DNA of 64,000 nucleotides from an uncultured Chloroflexia bacterium (GTDB lineage Bacteria > Chloroflexota > Anaerolineae > CG2-30-64-16): positions 192,001-256,000 of the forward strand of contig CAWEMM010000011.1 in NCBI GenBank assembly GCA_963810095.1, read 5' to 3'. The position numbers and the translations under genes are program-made. How positions within the stretch are numbered: position 1 is the first letter of the stretch; each line of letters starts with the position of its first letter. This document shows positions 21,609 through 31,870 of this stretch, one piece after another. The notes under the pieces were generated by a model. It was not told the DNA's origin. It did no database searches and was given only the letters and a program-made list of their open reading frames with translations.

Positions 21609-22685
21609 TTACAGCCCGATCGTGGCCAGGAGCCGCACCGCCGGTGGCTCAACCTGCCGCAGTTCCACGCGGTCGTCGAACACGACGGCGAAGGAGTTCA
21701 ACCCTTGCACCCCCGTGCCCATCTCGTCAACCCAGCTGCCGATACTCAGCAGCGACATATCGCTCTCGTCGCCGGCAAGCCACAGCTCGCTGTGGTGGAT
21801 ATGGCCGAAGACAAACAGGATGCGATCTATGGGCTCGTCTGGGCTCACAGTAAACTTCACGCCGCCTGCCCGCGCGATCTTTCGGGCGTCCTTGGCGTAG
21901 CACTCGATTGAACGAGCAGGCATATCGGGGAGCCAGGACACCGGCTTGGGCAGCGGTGCGCCGGCCCGGATCAGTGCCCGCGGCAAAGGCGTTCCCGCAA
22001 TCTCGCGACGCCACCGCTCGGAACGAAGGTGGATGCGGTCACGTTCGGCGCGATCCATCTCCCGCCGCCGGAAAGAGTCGAATACGTACGTCCAGGGTCG
22101 CTCCATTTCGGGAATGCCCCAGCGGTTGCATGGCGAACGGTGGCGCGTCAGGTGTGCCAGTTGCGGCGAAAAAGGCAGGTAACCGAGGTAGTGGCCGTGA
22201 TGCAAGATGAGGCGTTGGGGACCGATGGTGCGGGTTGTCAGGGGGTAAAACCAACTCGACCGTGTGCGTGCTTCAGGGGGGATGAGCGGCGCGATGAACT
22301 CCTCGAACAGAAATGCGGGATCACACGTCTCGTTGGCCGCATCGTCCGGCCGGTGGCTGTCCAGGTACTCATAGTAGAAGAGCAAGGGGTGGTCGTGATT
22401 GCCGAAACTGAAGCTGATGCGCTCGATGGGCAGCCGCGCAATCGCCTCCAGGAACGGCGCGGCCGCATCTGCGACGCGCCCCCACGGGAAGCGCCAGATC
22501 TCGAACACATCGCCAAGCAGAACCAATTCCTGGATATGGCCCAGATCTGCGAGGAAGTCCAGGAGTGCCGGCAGACTCGACGTGAAGCCTGTGTGTCCAT
22601 TCGAACCACGCTTGCCCGGCGCGGTCAGCGTGCAGTAACGCTCGCCGAAATGAAGGTCCGACAAGACAACGACGCAGTTGGCCAT
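21609..22685 (-). CDS. Calcineurin-like metallophosphoesterase
   Basis: All five motifs present: SDLH, GDVFE, GNHD, HHGH, GHIH (plus GSW). Confidence 0.88.
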   Translation of the reverse strand: MANCVVVLSDLHFGERYCTLTAPGKRGSNGHTGFTSSLPALLDFLADLGHIQELVLLGDVFEIWRFPWGRVADAAAPFLEAIARLPIERISFSFGNHDHPLLFYYEYLDSHRPDDAANETCDPAFLFEEFIAPLIPPEARTRSSWFYPLTTRTIGPQRLILHHGHYLGYLPFSPQLAHLTRHRSPCNRWGIPEMERPWTYVFDSFRRREMDRAERDRIHLRSERWRREIAGTPLPRALIRAGAPLPKPVSWLPDMPARSIECYAKDARKIARAGGVKFTVSPDEPIDRILFVFGHIHHSELWLAGDESDMSLLSIGSWVDEMGTGVQGLNSFAVVFDDRVELRQVEPPAVRLLATIGL

Positions 22686-22800
22686 CGATCGTCCATCCCG
22701 TGGCTTTCGAGTCGCCCGACAGAATCTGAAAAGCAGGAGAAAAAGAGGCGTCAGCCGGAGTGATATCAGCGGCTACGACCTAGGACGGCACGATGTTACC

Positions 22801-23667
22801 CTAGCCGGCTGGTTTCTGCAAATGACCCGCACGGCGAGCCAGGCTGATCCACTCGTCCAGCCCGACCGTTTCCGCCCGGCGGGTTGGCGCAATGCCCGCC
22901 CCTTCCAACAACCGCTCGACGTCCGCCGGCGCCGTGCGCAGCCCCGCGGCCAGCGAATTCCGCAGTTGCTTGCGCGGCTGGCCGAACCCTGCACGGGCCA
23001 GCGCGAAAAATGCCGCGGCCGGCACGTCCTCGGCCAGCGGCGCAGGGCGGCGCTCCAGGCGGACGACGGCCGACTCGACCTTCGGCACGGGGTAGAACGC
23101 ACCGGCAGGAATCCGCCCGACGATCTTGCCCGTGCAGTAGAACTGCACGCCGAGCGCCAGCAGGCTCATGTCGGGCGGGCGCGCCACCATCCGCTCGGCA
23201 ACCTCGCGCTGCACCGTCAGGACGAGCAGGTCGGGAGGCAGCGCGGACTCGAGCAGATGGCGGATTACCGCGGAAGTGATGTAGTACGGCAGGTTGGCGA
23301 CGACCTTATAAGGACCGCCGGCCAGTTCGCCCGGGTCGGTTTCCAGAATGTCGGCATGGACGATGGACACGTGTGGCTGCCCGGCGAAACGCGACGCAAG
23401 AAACGGGACCAGGCGGTCGTCAAGCTCCACGGCCACCACACGGCCCGCCTGCTCCGCGATCAATTGGGTCAGTACGCCCGGTCCTGGCCCCACTTCCAGC
23501 ACGGTGTCTGTCGGGACAAGCTCGGCCGCGTCGACGATGCGCGCGCGGTGCGCCGGGTCGACGAGGAAGTTTTGGCCCAGGCCCTTCTTTGGGCGAATGC
23601 CGAGGGCGGCTAGTTCGTTAAGCAGTGGAGTTCCTTCGCTTTCGCCATGTGGCCGAATCCGACGCAC
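22801..23667 (-). CDS. rsmA: 16S rRNA m6,2A dimethyltransferase
   Basis: KKGLGQNFL, LEVGPGPG, ANLPYYIT, FYPVPKVES, RRAE; start codon uncertain. Confidence 0.95.
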   Translation of the reverse strand: MRRIRPHGESEGTPLLNELAALGIRPKKGLGQNFLVDPAHRARIVDAAELVPTDTVLEVGPGPGVLTQLIAEQAGRVVAVELDDRLVPFLASRFAGQPHVSIVHADILETDPGELAGGPYKVVANLPYYITSAVIRHLLESALPPDLLVLTVQREVAERMVARPPDMSLLALGVQFYCTGKIVGRIPAGAFYPVPKVESAVVRLERRPAPLAEDVPAAAFFALARAGFGQPRKQLRNSLAAGLRTAPADVERLLEGAGIAPTRRAETVGLDEWISLARRAGHLQKPAG

Positions 23668-23718
23668 CCTGGAGCCGGCCGGGCAATTCGCCTAATTCCT
23701 ACAATTCGTGGCTCCCGC

Positions 23719-25521
23719 TCAGTCTTCGTCCAACTTCAGGATCGTCATGAACGCTTCCTGCGGGATTTCGACGTTGCCGATCATCTTCATGCGCTTCTTG
23801 CCGGCCTTCTGCTTCTCCAGCAGCTTGCGCTTACGCGAAATGTCGCCGCCGTAGCACTTCGCGAGCACGTCCTTGCGCACCGCCTTGACGTTCGCACGCG
23901 AAACGATCTTGTTCCCCACCGCGGCCTGGATCGGCACGTCGAACTGCTGCCGGGGGATCACGTCCTTCAGCTTACTGACGAGCTTCATCCCCTTCGTGTA
24001 CACCTGGTCCCGGTGGACGATCATGCTGAGCGCGTCCACCGCGTCCTTGTTGACCAGCACGTCGAGCCGTACCATGTCGGCAGCCCGGTAGCCCTCCATG
24101 TGATAATCGAGGCTGGCATAGCCGCGGGTGCGCGCCTTCAGGTCGTTGTAGAAGTCGGTCAGGATTTCGATCAGCGGGATGTGGTAGCTGAGGAGGACGC
24201 GGCGCTGATCCAGGTACTCCTGCGCCTTGAACTCGCCGCGGCGCGATGTCACCAGGTCCATCACCTGCCCGATGAACTCGGTCGGCGTGAACACGTCGAT
24301 CTGGACCCAGGGCTCGCGGATCTCGGTGATCTCCGTGGGGTCGGGCAGCTCCACCGGGCTGTCGATGACCACTTCCGAGCCATCCGTCTTGGTGACTTCA
24401 TACTCGACGCTGGGCGCGGTGAAAACCAGGTCCAGGTCGTATTCACGCTCCAGCCGCTCCTGGATGATCTCCATGTGGAACAGGCCCAGGAACCCGCAGC
24501 GGAAACCGTAGCCGAGCGCAGTGCTGGTCTCGGGCTGGTAGGTGAGGGACGCGTCGTTAAGCTGCAGTTTCGAGAGGGCGTCGCGCAGGTTGAGATAGTC
24601 GGCCGCGTCCGAGGGGTAAACCGATGCGAAGACCATCGACTTCATCGGCGTGTACCCGTGCAGAGGCGCAGCGGCGGGGTTGACGTTCGAAGTCAGCGTG
24701 TCGCCCACCCGCACTTCCGCGACGTTCTTCAGTCCGGTCGCCAGGTAGCCCACCTCGCCTGCTTCCAGCCGTCCGCTCGAGCGCATGTCGGGCCGGAAAA
24801 TCCCGACCTCCAGCGGCTCAAGCGTCATCCCGGACGACATGAGCCGGAGCGCTTGGCCCGCCTGCATGCTCCCATCGACCACACGCACGTACGCTACCGC
24901 GCCCTTGTAGGCGTCATAGTGGCTGTCGAAGATCAACGCACGCAGCGGCTGGTCGTGCTGGCCGCGGGGTGGCGGCACCTGGTGTACCACGGCTTCGAGA
25001 ACCGCCTTGACGTTTGTGCCGTCCTTGGCCGAGATCTTAAGCACGGAGCCCGCGGGCGTGCCCAGGATTTCCTCGATCTCCTCCGCGACCGCCTGTGGCT
25101 GCGCGGAGACGAGGTCGATCTTGTTTACGACCGGGATGATCTCGAGGTCGTTCTCCATGGCAAGATACAGGTTTGCCAGCGTCTGGGCCTCGACACCCTG
25201 GGACGCATCGACGATGAGCAGCGCCCCTTCACAGGCTTGCAGCGCTCTGCTGACCTCGTATGCGAAGTCTACGTGGCCGGGCGTGTCGATGAGGTTGAGC
25301 TCATAGGTCTGCCCATCGTTGGCCTGGTAGCTCATGCGCACCGCGGAGGCCTTGATGGTCACGCCCTTCTCGCGCTCCAGGTCCATGGTGTCGAGCACCT
25401 GGGCCATCATATCGCGGTCGGAGATCGTCCCCGTGATCTGGAGTAACCGGTCGGCCAGCGTGGATTTGCCGTGATCGATGTGCGCAATGATGCAGAAGTT
25501 GCGAATGAGTTGTTGGTCCAT
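23719..25521 (-). CDS. lepA: Elongation factor 4
   Basis: [49 protein letters not shown]. Confidence 0.98.
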   Translation of the reverse strand: MDQQLIRNFCIIAHIDHGKSTLADRLLQITGTISDRDMMAQVLDTMDLEREKGVTIKASAVRMSYQANDGQTYELNLIDTPGHVDFAYEVSRALQACEGALLIVDASQGVEAQTLANLYLAMENDLEIIPVVNKIDLVSAQPQAVAEEIEEILGTPAGSVLKISAKDGTNVKAVLEAVVHQVPPPRGQHDQPLRALIFDSHYDAYKGAVAYVRVVDGSMQAGQALRLMSSGMTLEPLEVGIFRPDMRSSGRLEAGEVGYLATGLKNVAEVRVGDTLTSNVNPAAAPLHGYTPMKSMVFASVYPSDAADYLNLRDALSKLQLNDASLTYQPETSTALGYGFRCGFLGLFHMEIIQERLEREYDLDLVFTAPSVEYEVTKTDGSEVVIDSPVELPDPTEITEIREPWVQIDVFTPTEFIGQVMDLVTSRRGEFKAQEYLDQRRVLLSYHIPLIEILTDFYNDLKARTRGYASLDYHMEGYRAADMVRLDVLVNKDAVDALSMIVHRDQVYTKGMKLVSKLKDVIPRQQFDVPIQAAVGNKIVSRANVKAVRKDVLAKCYGGDISRKRKLLEKQKAGKKRMKMIGNVEIPQEAFMTILKLDED

Positions 25522-25658
25522 CGTCCTCTTCTCTTGGTCCAGTGCGCCCAATTATAACACGCCTAACAAAAAAGCTTCCGGGGTCGCCTGACTGCATCAG
25601 GGCGCCGACCTCGGAAGCTCCGCGCTGGCTTCTAAGCAGCGCGCCGGCCGTTCTGGAT

Positions 25659-26324
25659 TTACAGGCTGCGCTCCAACCCGTCGCGGCTGAGCACGGTGAT
25701 GCGCGCCCGGCCGAGCCGAATAAGCCCGTCGGCCTGCAGACCGGCGAGGCAGCGGGCAACTACTTCGCGCGTCGTTCCGACCTCGGCCGCCAGGTCGGCC
25801 TGGGTGAGGCGCACTAGGTCGCCGTCTTTCTCGGTGTTGTCGAGGAGCGCAAGTACGACCCGTTCCCCAACCTTGTTGAACGACAACTGCGTGACCAGGC
25901 CGCTCAGATGGGCCATGCAGCTGGCCGCGCTGTGCCATGCGGCCCGGCACAAAACCCGGTCCTCATGTATCAGGTCTTCAAAATCGGTCCGCTTCAGCAC
26001 CAGGACTTCCCCGCTGTCGAGACCGTGAACTTCCGCCAGGGCACGCGGACCAAAGGTAAGCATGCAAATGCCGCCGCAAGAGCCGGATGTCGGATCACAA
26101 AAGATCTGACGCCGCCCGCGGACGGTGGCCTTGCCCATCTGCAAGGTGCCATTCAGCGGAAAAAGGACCACGCCCGCCGGCTCCCCATCCGAGAACAGGA
26201 TCGTGTTCTCCTGGAACCGCTCGATGCGCCCTTTGTCGAGGAGCGCCGCCCGGGTGGTGGCTGCGCAGTCTCGAAGGACCGGATTGCCAGTTTCAATGAC
26301 GACCATGTCGCTTTGATGCGGCAT
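25659..26324 (-). CDS. Crp/Fnr family transcriptional regulator, Cys-rich
   Basis: cNMP-like domain plus LTQADLAAEVGTTREVVAR HTH; GGAGG RBS. Confidence 0.9.
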   Translation of the reverse strand: MPHQSDMVVIETGNPVLRDCAATTRAALLDKGRIERFQENTILFSDGEPAGVVLFPLNGTLQMGKATVRGRRQIFCDPTSGSCGGICMLTFGPRALAEVHGLDSGEVLVLKRTDFEDLIHEDRVLCRAAWHSAASCMAHLSGLVTQLSFNKVGERVVLALLDNTEKDGDLVRLTQADLAAEVGTTREVVARCLAGLQADGLIRLGRARITVLSRDGLERSL

Positions 26325-26359
26325 AAGACCTCCTCCATAGGGCCGCTCTGCCCCAGCTT

Positions 26360-26393
26360 TGTATATCATATCACATAACTAAGGGCATGTCAA
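26360..26393 (-). promoter_or_regulatory. Sigma-70 promoter overlapping a CRP-like site
   Basis: TTGACA (26393-26388), 17 bp, TGn-TATGAT (26370-26365); TGTGA-N6-ATACA spans the -10. Confidence 0.7.
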
Positions 26394-26434
26394 TGTGCAA
26401 AAAGGGACAATTGCAATCGCCTGTGCAGAAATAG

Positions 26435-26467
26435 AGAAGCCGGTTTCCTACGCAGAAACCGGCTTCT
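26435..26467. repeat. REP-like palindrome family C / terminator after sdhB
   Basis: AGAAGCCGGTTTC-N7-GAAACCGGCTTCT; related to 55385-55417. Confidence 0.65.
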
Positions 26468-26486
26468 GAACTACCAGACCGGAACG

Positions 26487-27188
26487 CTACTTCACTTCGC
26501 CCGTGACAATCGCACGCGTCACCTCGCGGATCGCCCGGGTGATTTCGATGTCGCGCGGGCAGGCTTCCGTGCAGTTGTAGATCGTCCGGCACTTCCAGAC
26601 GCCGTTGGCCTCGGCCAGGATCGCGAGCCGCACTTGCGCGCCCTGGTCCCGGTCATCAAAGATCCAACGATGGGCCTGAACGATGGCGGCCGGGCCGACG
26701 TAGCTGCCGTCCGCCCAGAAGCTGGGGCACGACGTGGTGCAGGCCGCGCACAGGATGCACTTGGTCGTATCGTCGAACCGGGCGCGCGCCTCTGCGCTCT
26801 GCAGCCGCTCGGTGTAGGGCGGATCGTCCTCGTTGATCATAAACGGCTTGATCGACTTGTACTGCCGCCAGAAGGGTTCCATGTCGACGACAAGGTCCCG
26901 AATCACCGGCAGGCCCCGCAGCGGCTCGACCACGACGCTGCGCCCAACATCCTGCACCAGCATCTTGCAGGCCAGGCGGTTCCGGCCGTTGATGACCATC
27001 GCGTCCGAGCCGCACACCCCGTGCGCGCAGGAGCGCCGGAAGGTCACCGTGCCGTCCTGGTTCTCCTTGATGCTCTGCAGCACGTCGAGCACGCGATCCA
27101 TCTTCTGCGCTTCGACTTTGAACTCCGACCAGTAGGGCCGGCGGTCCTTCTCGGGATTGAAGCGTCGAATCTTGACCTTTACGTTCAT
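26487..27188 (-). CDS. sdhB: Succinate dehydrogenase iron-sulfur subunit
   Basis: RRSCAHGVCGSD, CILCAACTTSCP, CRTIYNCTEACP. Confidence 0.96.
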   Translation of the reverse strand: MNVKVKIRRFNPEKDRRPYWSEFKVEAQKMDRVLDVLQSIKENQDGTVTFRRSCAHGVCGSDAMVINGRNRLACKMLVQDVGRSVVVEPLRGLPVIRDLVVDMEPFWRQYKSIKPFMINEDDPPYTERLQSAEARARFDDTTKCILCAACTTSCPSFWADGSYVGPAAIVQAHRWIFDDRDQGAQVRLAILAEANGVWKCRTIYNCTEACPRDIEITRAIREVTRAIVTGEVK

Positions 27189-27200
27189 CGTCGCCCTCGC

Positions 27201-28994
27201 TTAGTAGACGCGCTTGGCCGGCACGTAGCGGCCCAATCGCACGGGCTTGCTGCTCATCTTCACCCCGTCTTCCGGAAGCCGGAAGGCGAGCGAGTGCTTG
27301 AGCCAGTTTTCGTCGTCCCGCTCCGGATAGTCTTCCCGGTAATGGCCGCCCCGGCTTTCCTTGCGGTCGAGCGCCGCCACCGTGGTCACGGTCGCCAGGT
27401 CGAGCAGGCAGCCAAGCTCCCACGTCTCGAGCAGCTCGGTGTTCCAGCGCAGCCCCTTATCCATGATCGTGATCCGGCGCCAGCGTTCCTTGAGATCACG
27501 CAGCTTCTCCAGCGCGCTCGTCAGGAACTCCTCCGTTCGGAACACGCTGACCTGATCCATCATCACGGAGCGCATCTCCTTACGGATTTGGCCCGCCACC
27601 TCGCCCCCATCAGAATGCCGGATGCGCTCGAGCTCCGCAGCCGCGTCGGCCTCCTGGTTCGCGGGCAACTCAGGGAAGGCCGCCTTCTGGGCGTACAGCG
27701 CAGCGCAGATGCCGGCGCGGCGCCCAAAGACCAGGATGTCGACCAACGAGTTCGTCCCCAGCCGGTTCGCCCCATGCACCGACACACACGCGCACTCGCC
27801 CGCGGCAAAAAAGCCGGGGATGGGGTTGTTGTCGGAGTCTACCACGACTTGCCCGTCGTTGTCGGTCGGGATGCCGCCCATTGCATAGTGCGCCGTCGGC
27901 TGGATGGGCAGCGGCTTCTTGACCGGGTCGAGTTGGAGGTAGGTGAGGCAGAAATCGGAGATGTCGGGCAGCTTCTGGCGGATCATTTCCGCCGTGATGC
28001 GGCGCGGCGTCCCGTCAGGGTTCTTCACCCCATCGGCCTCGAAATACTTGTTCACCGTTTCGGGACGGACGTCGAGTAACACGTAGTCGTGCCCGTCGAC
28101 CCCGCGGCCCGCCTGCACCTCTCGGTAGATCGCCCGCGAGACGACGTCGCGTGATGCGAGGTCCTTGACTGTCGGCGCATAGTTGGGCATGAAGCGCTCG
28201 CCTTGGCCGTTGATGAGCACGCCGCCCTCGCCGCGCACGCCCTCGGTGAGCAGGATGCCCAGGCCAAGGATGCCGGTCGGATGGAACTGGTAGAACTCCA
28301 TGTCCTCGAGGGGGATGCCGCGGCGGTACGCCACCGCGCAGCCATCGCCCGTCAGCGCGTAGGCGTTGGACGTGATCTTCCAGATACGGCCGAACCCGCC
28401 CGTGGCAAAGATCGTCGCCTTGCTGTGGAACGTGTGGAGTGTGCCGCTGTCGATGTGAATGGCCACGACGCCGGCAACCTGGCCTTCGGCGTTCACCAGC
28501 AAGTCCAACACCTGGAACTCGTCATAGAAGGTGACGTTGTTCTTGATGCACTGCTGGTAGACGGTCTGTAGGATCATGTGCCCCGTGCGGTCGGCCGCAT
28601 GGCAGGCCCGGCGGACGGGTTGCTTGGTGGCGTTGTTCGTGTGGCCGCCGAAGGGCCGCTGCGCGATCCGGCCGTCCGGCGTCCGGTCGAACGGCAGGCC
28701 CATGTGCTCGAGATCGTACACCATGGAGACGGCCTCGGTGCACAGGATTTCGGCAGAGTCCTGATCGACCAGGTAATCGCCGCCCTTGATGGTATCGTAG
28801 ATGTGCCACTCGGGATGGTCTTCTTCCATGTTCCCGAGCGCGGCGCCGATCCCGCCCTGGGCAGCGCCCGTGTGCGAGCGCGTCGGATAGAGCTTGCTGA
28901 TCACCGCCGTCTTCGCACCCTGCGACGCGTACAAGGCGGCCATCAGCCCGGCCCCACCCGCACCCACCACGATCACGTCAAATCGATGCAACAT
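27201..28994 (-). CDS. sdhA: Succinate dehydrogenase flavoprotein subunit
   Basis: [44 protein letters not shown]. Confidence 0.97.
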   Translation of the reverse strand: MLHRFDVIVVGAGGAGLMAALYASQGAKTAVISKLYPTRSHTGAAQGGIGAALGNMEEDHPEWHIYDTIKGGDYLVDQDSAEILCTEAVSMVYDLEHMGLPFDRTPDGRIAQRPFGGHTNNATKQPVRRACHAADRTGHMILQTVYQQCIKNNVTFYDEFQVLDLLVNAEGQVAGVVAIHIDSGTLHTFHSKATIFATGGFGRIWKITSNAYALTGDGCAVAYRRGIPLEDMEFYQFHPTGILGLGILLTEGVRGEGGVLINGQGERFMPNYAPTVKDLASRDVVSRAIYREVQAGRGVDGHDYVLLDVRPETVNKYFEADGVKNPDGTPRRITAEMIRQKLPDISDFCLTYLQLDPVKKPLPIQPTAHYAMGGIPTDNDGQVVVDSDNNPIPGFFAAGECACVSVHGANRLGTNSLVDILVFGRRAGICAALYAQKAAFPELPANQEADAAAELERIRHSDGGEVAGQIRKEMRSVMMDQVSVFRTEEFLTSALEKLRDLKERWRRITIMDKGLRWNTELLETWELGCLLDLATVTTVAALDRKESRGGHYREDYPERDDENWLKHSLAFRLPEDGVKMSSKPVRLGRYVPAKRVY

Positions 28995-29090
28995 GTCAGG
29001 GACACGCTCCTTTCAAGAAGCGATTGAAGGTCGATCTTGTTCTGGAGTCACTGCGGGCTCCGCGCCCGAAGTTCACCCCAAAGTGCGCAT

Positions 29091-29531
29091 CTATTGCGCG
29101 GCATAGACAAAGACGAGAAAGACTGCGGCGCCTATCAAAGACAGCCAAATCACGAAGAGCAGGGCCTTCAGCCAGGCCAACAGCAGCGGATGCCGGACGT
29201 AGTCGCCCAGAATGACCCGGATGCCGTTGTAGCCGTGGGTTGCCGCCAGCAGGAAGAGCAGGAAGCTCCAGATCTGCCAGAAGGCGTTGGAAAAGACGGC
29301 GGGCTCCCCGGCCGAGTCGGTGATATGGAACGAGATTGGGAAAAAGGCCCAACGCATCTGTGCGCCCACGCTCAGCGTGCCCGCTCCCCCGCTGAGGTTC
29401 GCGTAGACGAGATTGAAGGCGCCGATGAGCAAGAACAGGATCCCCGTGACCCGCGTGAGGAACCACATCAGCGTTTCGAATTTGCTGCCCGTGCGACCGC
29501 GGGCCATCCGAGCCGTATCTGTAGTCATCAT
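29091..29531 (-). CDS. sdhD: Succinate dehydrogenase membrane anchor
   Basis: Three TM helices, TRVTG, HGYNGIRVILGDY; operon position. Confidence 0.85.
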   Translation of the reverse strand: MMTTDTARMARGRTGSKFETLMWFLTRVTGILFLLIGAFNLVYANLSGGAGTLSVGAQMRWAFFPISFHITDSAGEPAVFSNAFWQIWSFLLFLLAATHGYNGIRVILGDYVRHPLLLAWLKALLFVIWLSLIGAAVFLVFVYAAQ

Positions 29532-29538
29532 TCGCCTC

Positions 29539-29934
29539 TCAAAGCTTGACGCCCATGATCATCAGCGCGGCAGGAAGCAGGAACATGGGCAGGAAGAGCG
29601 CCCATTGGACCCACATCGCCTCGCGGTTGAACTTCCACAGGCCCGGGAACATATCCAGGACGACGATCCGCAAGCCGTTGAACGCGTGATACAGCACGGC
29701 AAAGAGCATGAAGATCTGCATGGGCAGCGCTTCGTAGAAGTCGGTCAGCGCGGCCGCGATCGCATTCGTTGCACCGCCCGGCACGGCATAGAGGAAGAAG
29801 GCCGCAAAGACGTGCATGGATACGAAGATGACGATGCCGATGCCGCTGATGCGGTGCAACAGCCAGGCAAGCATTGGCATGCCACCGCGGTACGAGAGGG
29901 CAGTCGGTAAAGGTACTCGGGCTACTTTGCTCAT
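29539..29934 (-). CDS. sdhC: Succinate dehydrogenase cytochrome b556 subunit
   Basis: AWLLHRISG and YHAFNGLRIVVLD motifs. Confidence 0.9.
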   Translation of the reverse strand: MSKVARVPLPTALSYRGGMPMLAWLLHRISGIGIVIFVSMHVFAAFFLYAVPGGATNAIAAALTDFYEALPMQIFMLFAVLYHAFNGLRIVVLDMFPGLWKFNREAMWVQWALFLPMFLLPAALMIMGVKL

Positions 29935-29960
29935 GGCTACCTCATTCAGCGCGAAAAGAG

Positions 29961-31082
29961 CTAATTGTCTAGCGCTCCCTGGTTGATCCATTTCTCGATC
30001 AACTGGATTTGCTGCTGCGGTAATGGCCGGCTGGGCGGCATCTGGCCGCCGGCCGGCGTCTTGATCCCGTTCAGCATCTGCGCCAGGATGCTGTTCGCCG
30101 CATCGCCGGGTGTAATCACCGGCGCGTTGTCGCCGGTCGTCATCACTGCGTTATAGTCCGTGACCTTGTAGCCGCCCTTCGCGCGCGCGCCGTGGCAGCT
30201 CAAGCAGCGCTTATCGAAAATCGGCTTTACGTGCTGCTTGAAGCTGACCGTCTCGATCGTGTTCGGGTCCACGACAGGGACCGCGCCTCCACCCGTATCC
30301 GTCGCCTCTGTCTCGGGCGGCGTGTACCAAGCCGAGATGAATTCGATGATGGCCTTGATGTCCGGATCGGTCAGCGCGCCGCCGTTAGCCAAGCCGAAAG
30401 GCGGCATGCCCAGCGACTCCCAGCCGTAGTCGATCACGTTGAAGATGGCGTCGGCCGTCGGCTGCGTGTGCGTAATCAGGAATGACTCGTCGTTAAGCGG
30501 GTTCGTGAACTCGCCGGGCTGGTCGGGCAGCTCGGCACCCTCGCCGTTCTCGCCGTGGCACTTGGCGCAGTTGTCTGCGTACAATTTCCCCCCGGCCTCG
30601 ATGCGCGCCTGCTTGTCGCCACCCACGTTGGCGGCCTCAGCCTGCGGGGGCGTTGTCACGACGGCTTGAACGGTGAGGAACACCATGCCTGCGACGATTG
30701 CGAGCATGGCGACAGTCGCGATGGGCCGGTTACGGGGATGACGCTTCGGATTCCTGTCGAAGAAAGGCAGGCCAAAGAGACCCACCGCCAGCAGCACACC
30801 CAGGCCGACAATGGCGACGCCTTCCAGTTGGCCCGGGAAATACTTGAGCAGCTGGAACATCCAGAGGAAATACCACTCGGGCCGCGGCACGTATGAGCTG
30901 TCAGCTGGGTTGGCAGGCGGCTCGTTGGGCACGCCCAGGAAGACCGCCAGCAGAATCAGGACGACGAAGATGAGCAGCGAGACAATCGCATCCTTGGCAA
31001 TCGAATGCGGAAAGAAGAGCTCGCCCTCGGCCTTCTTCTCCTTATAACGCTTCATGTATTTCTGCTTCTCAGCTTCGTTCAT
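29961..31082 (-). CDS. qcrC: Cytochrome b subunit IV (PEWY) fused to two c-type cytochrome domains
   Basis: FFPH, PRPEWYFL, TM helices, CAKCH and CLSCH heme motifs. Confidence 0.88.
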   Translation of the reverse strand: MNEAEKQKYMKRYKEKKAEGELFFPHSIAKDAIVSLLIFVVLILLAVFLGVPNEPPANPADSSYVPRPEWYFLWMFQLLKYFPGQLEGVAIVGLGVLLAVGLFGLPFFDRNPKRHPRNRPIATVAMLAIVAGMVFLTVQAVVTTPPQAEAANVGGDKQARIEAGGKLYADNCAKCHGENGEGAELPDQPGEFTNPLNDESFLITHTQPTADAIFNVIDYGWESLGMPPFGLANGGALTDPDIKAIIEFISAWYTPPETEATDTGGGAVPVVDPNTIETVSFKQHVKPIFDKRCLSCHGARAKGGYKVTDYNAVMTTGDNAPVITPGDAANSILAQMLNGIKTPAGGQMPPSRPLPQQQIQLIEKWINQGALDN

Positions 31083-31151
31083 CGAAACGTCCTTCGTGTG
31101 CGGTGCAACCCAAGCACGCTTTCTAGAGCGTGAGATGCAGGCGATTGCGTT

Positions 31152-31868
31152 CTATTCGTCGCGCTCCGGGGGTGCCGTAATGCCGATACGGATGATCAGA
31201 TACATGTGCACGCCGATTAGCCCTAACAGCATGATTGGCATCCACCAGATGTGCAGCCCATAGAAGCGGGCGAGCGTCACCGCGCCAATGGTCGTGCCTC
31301 CCCGTGCGATCTCTTCAAAAGTCTTGCCGACGATGGGCACGGCGCCGATGATGCTCGTGCCGACGGAGGTGGCCCAATATGCCTTCTGGTTCCAGGGCAG
31401 CAAGTAGCCTGAGAAGCCGAGCAGCATCACGACCAGGAGCAGCAGCGCGCCGGTGATCCAGGTCAACTCACGCGGCCACTTGTATGCGCCGACGAAGAAT
31501 GCTTTGAGCATGTGCAGGAAGACGACCAGCACCATGAGCGTTGCGCCCCAGTGGTGCATGCCGCGGATGAGCCACCCGAAAGCCACGTCGTTCATGATGA
31601 ACTGGATGCTTTCGTAGGCATGGTCGGGCGAGGGCACATAGTAGATGGTGAGCAGCATGCCCGTGACGACCTGCAGCAACGCGAGGATCGTGCTGGCGCT
31701 CCCTAAAGTGTAGAACCAGTTGGTCTCGGGCACCGCGCGCGCAAAGACCGTGTTCCAGATCGTCGTGAGGCCCGCACGCTCATCGAGCCAGTCGAAAACC
31801 GCGCGGCCGCGACTGCGAGGCGCCTCATTGGCGCGCCCACCGCCGTCGGGAAGGGGTGCTTGGGCCAC
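31152..31868 (-). CDS. qcrB: Cytochrome b, N-terminal b6-like split subunit
   Basis: GWLIRGMHHWGA, HMLKAF, GYLLPWNQKAYWA, RFYGLH. Confidence 0.92.
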   Translation of the reverse strand: MAQAPLPDGGGRANEAPRSRGRAVFDWLDERAGLTTIWNTVFARAVPETNWFYTLGSASTILALLQVVTGMLLTIYYVPSPDHAYESIQFIMNDVAFGWLIRGMHHWGATLMVLVVFLHMLKAFFVGAYKWPRELTWITGALLLLVVMLLGFSGYLLPWNQKAYWATSVGTSIIGAVPIVGKTFEEIARGGTTIGAVTLARFYGLHIWWMPIMLLGLIGVHMYLIIRIGITAPPERDE

Positions 31869-31870
31869 GG

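Noticed and set aside
16266-22800. Island as an intact mobile element (IS, prophage, ICE)
   Set aside because: No integrase, transposase, terminal repeats or target duplication seen at either boundary
23647-25446. 599-aa ORF antisense to lepA (likewise 505-1962, 26634-28079, 32497-34053)
   Set aside because: Mirror-frame ORFs opposite well-conserved genes
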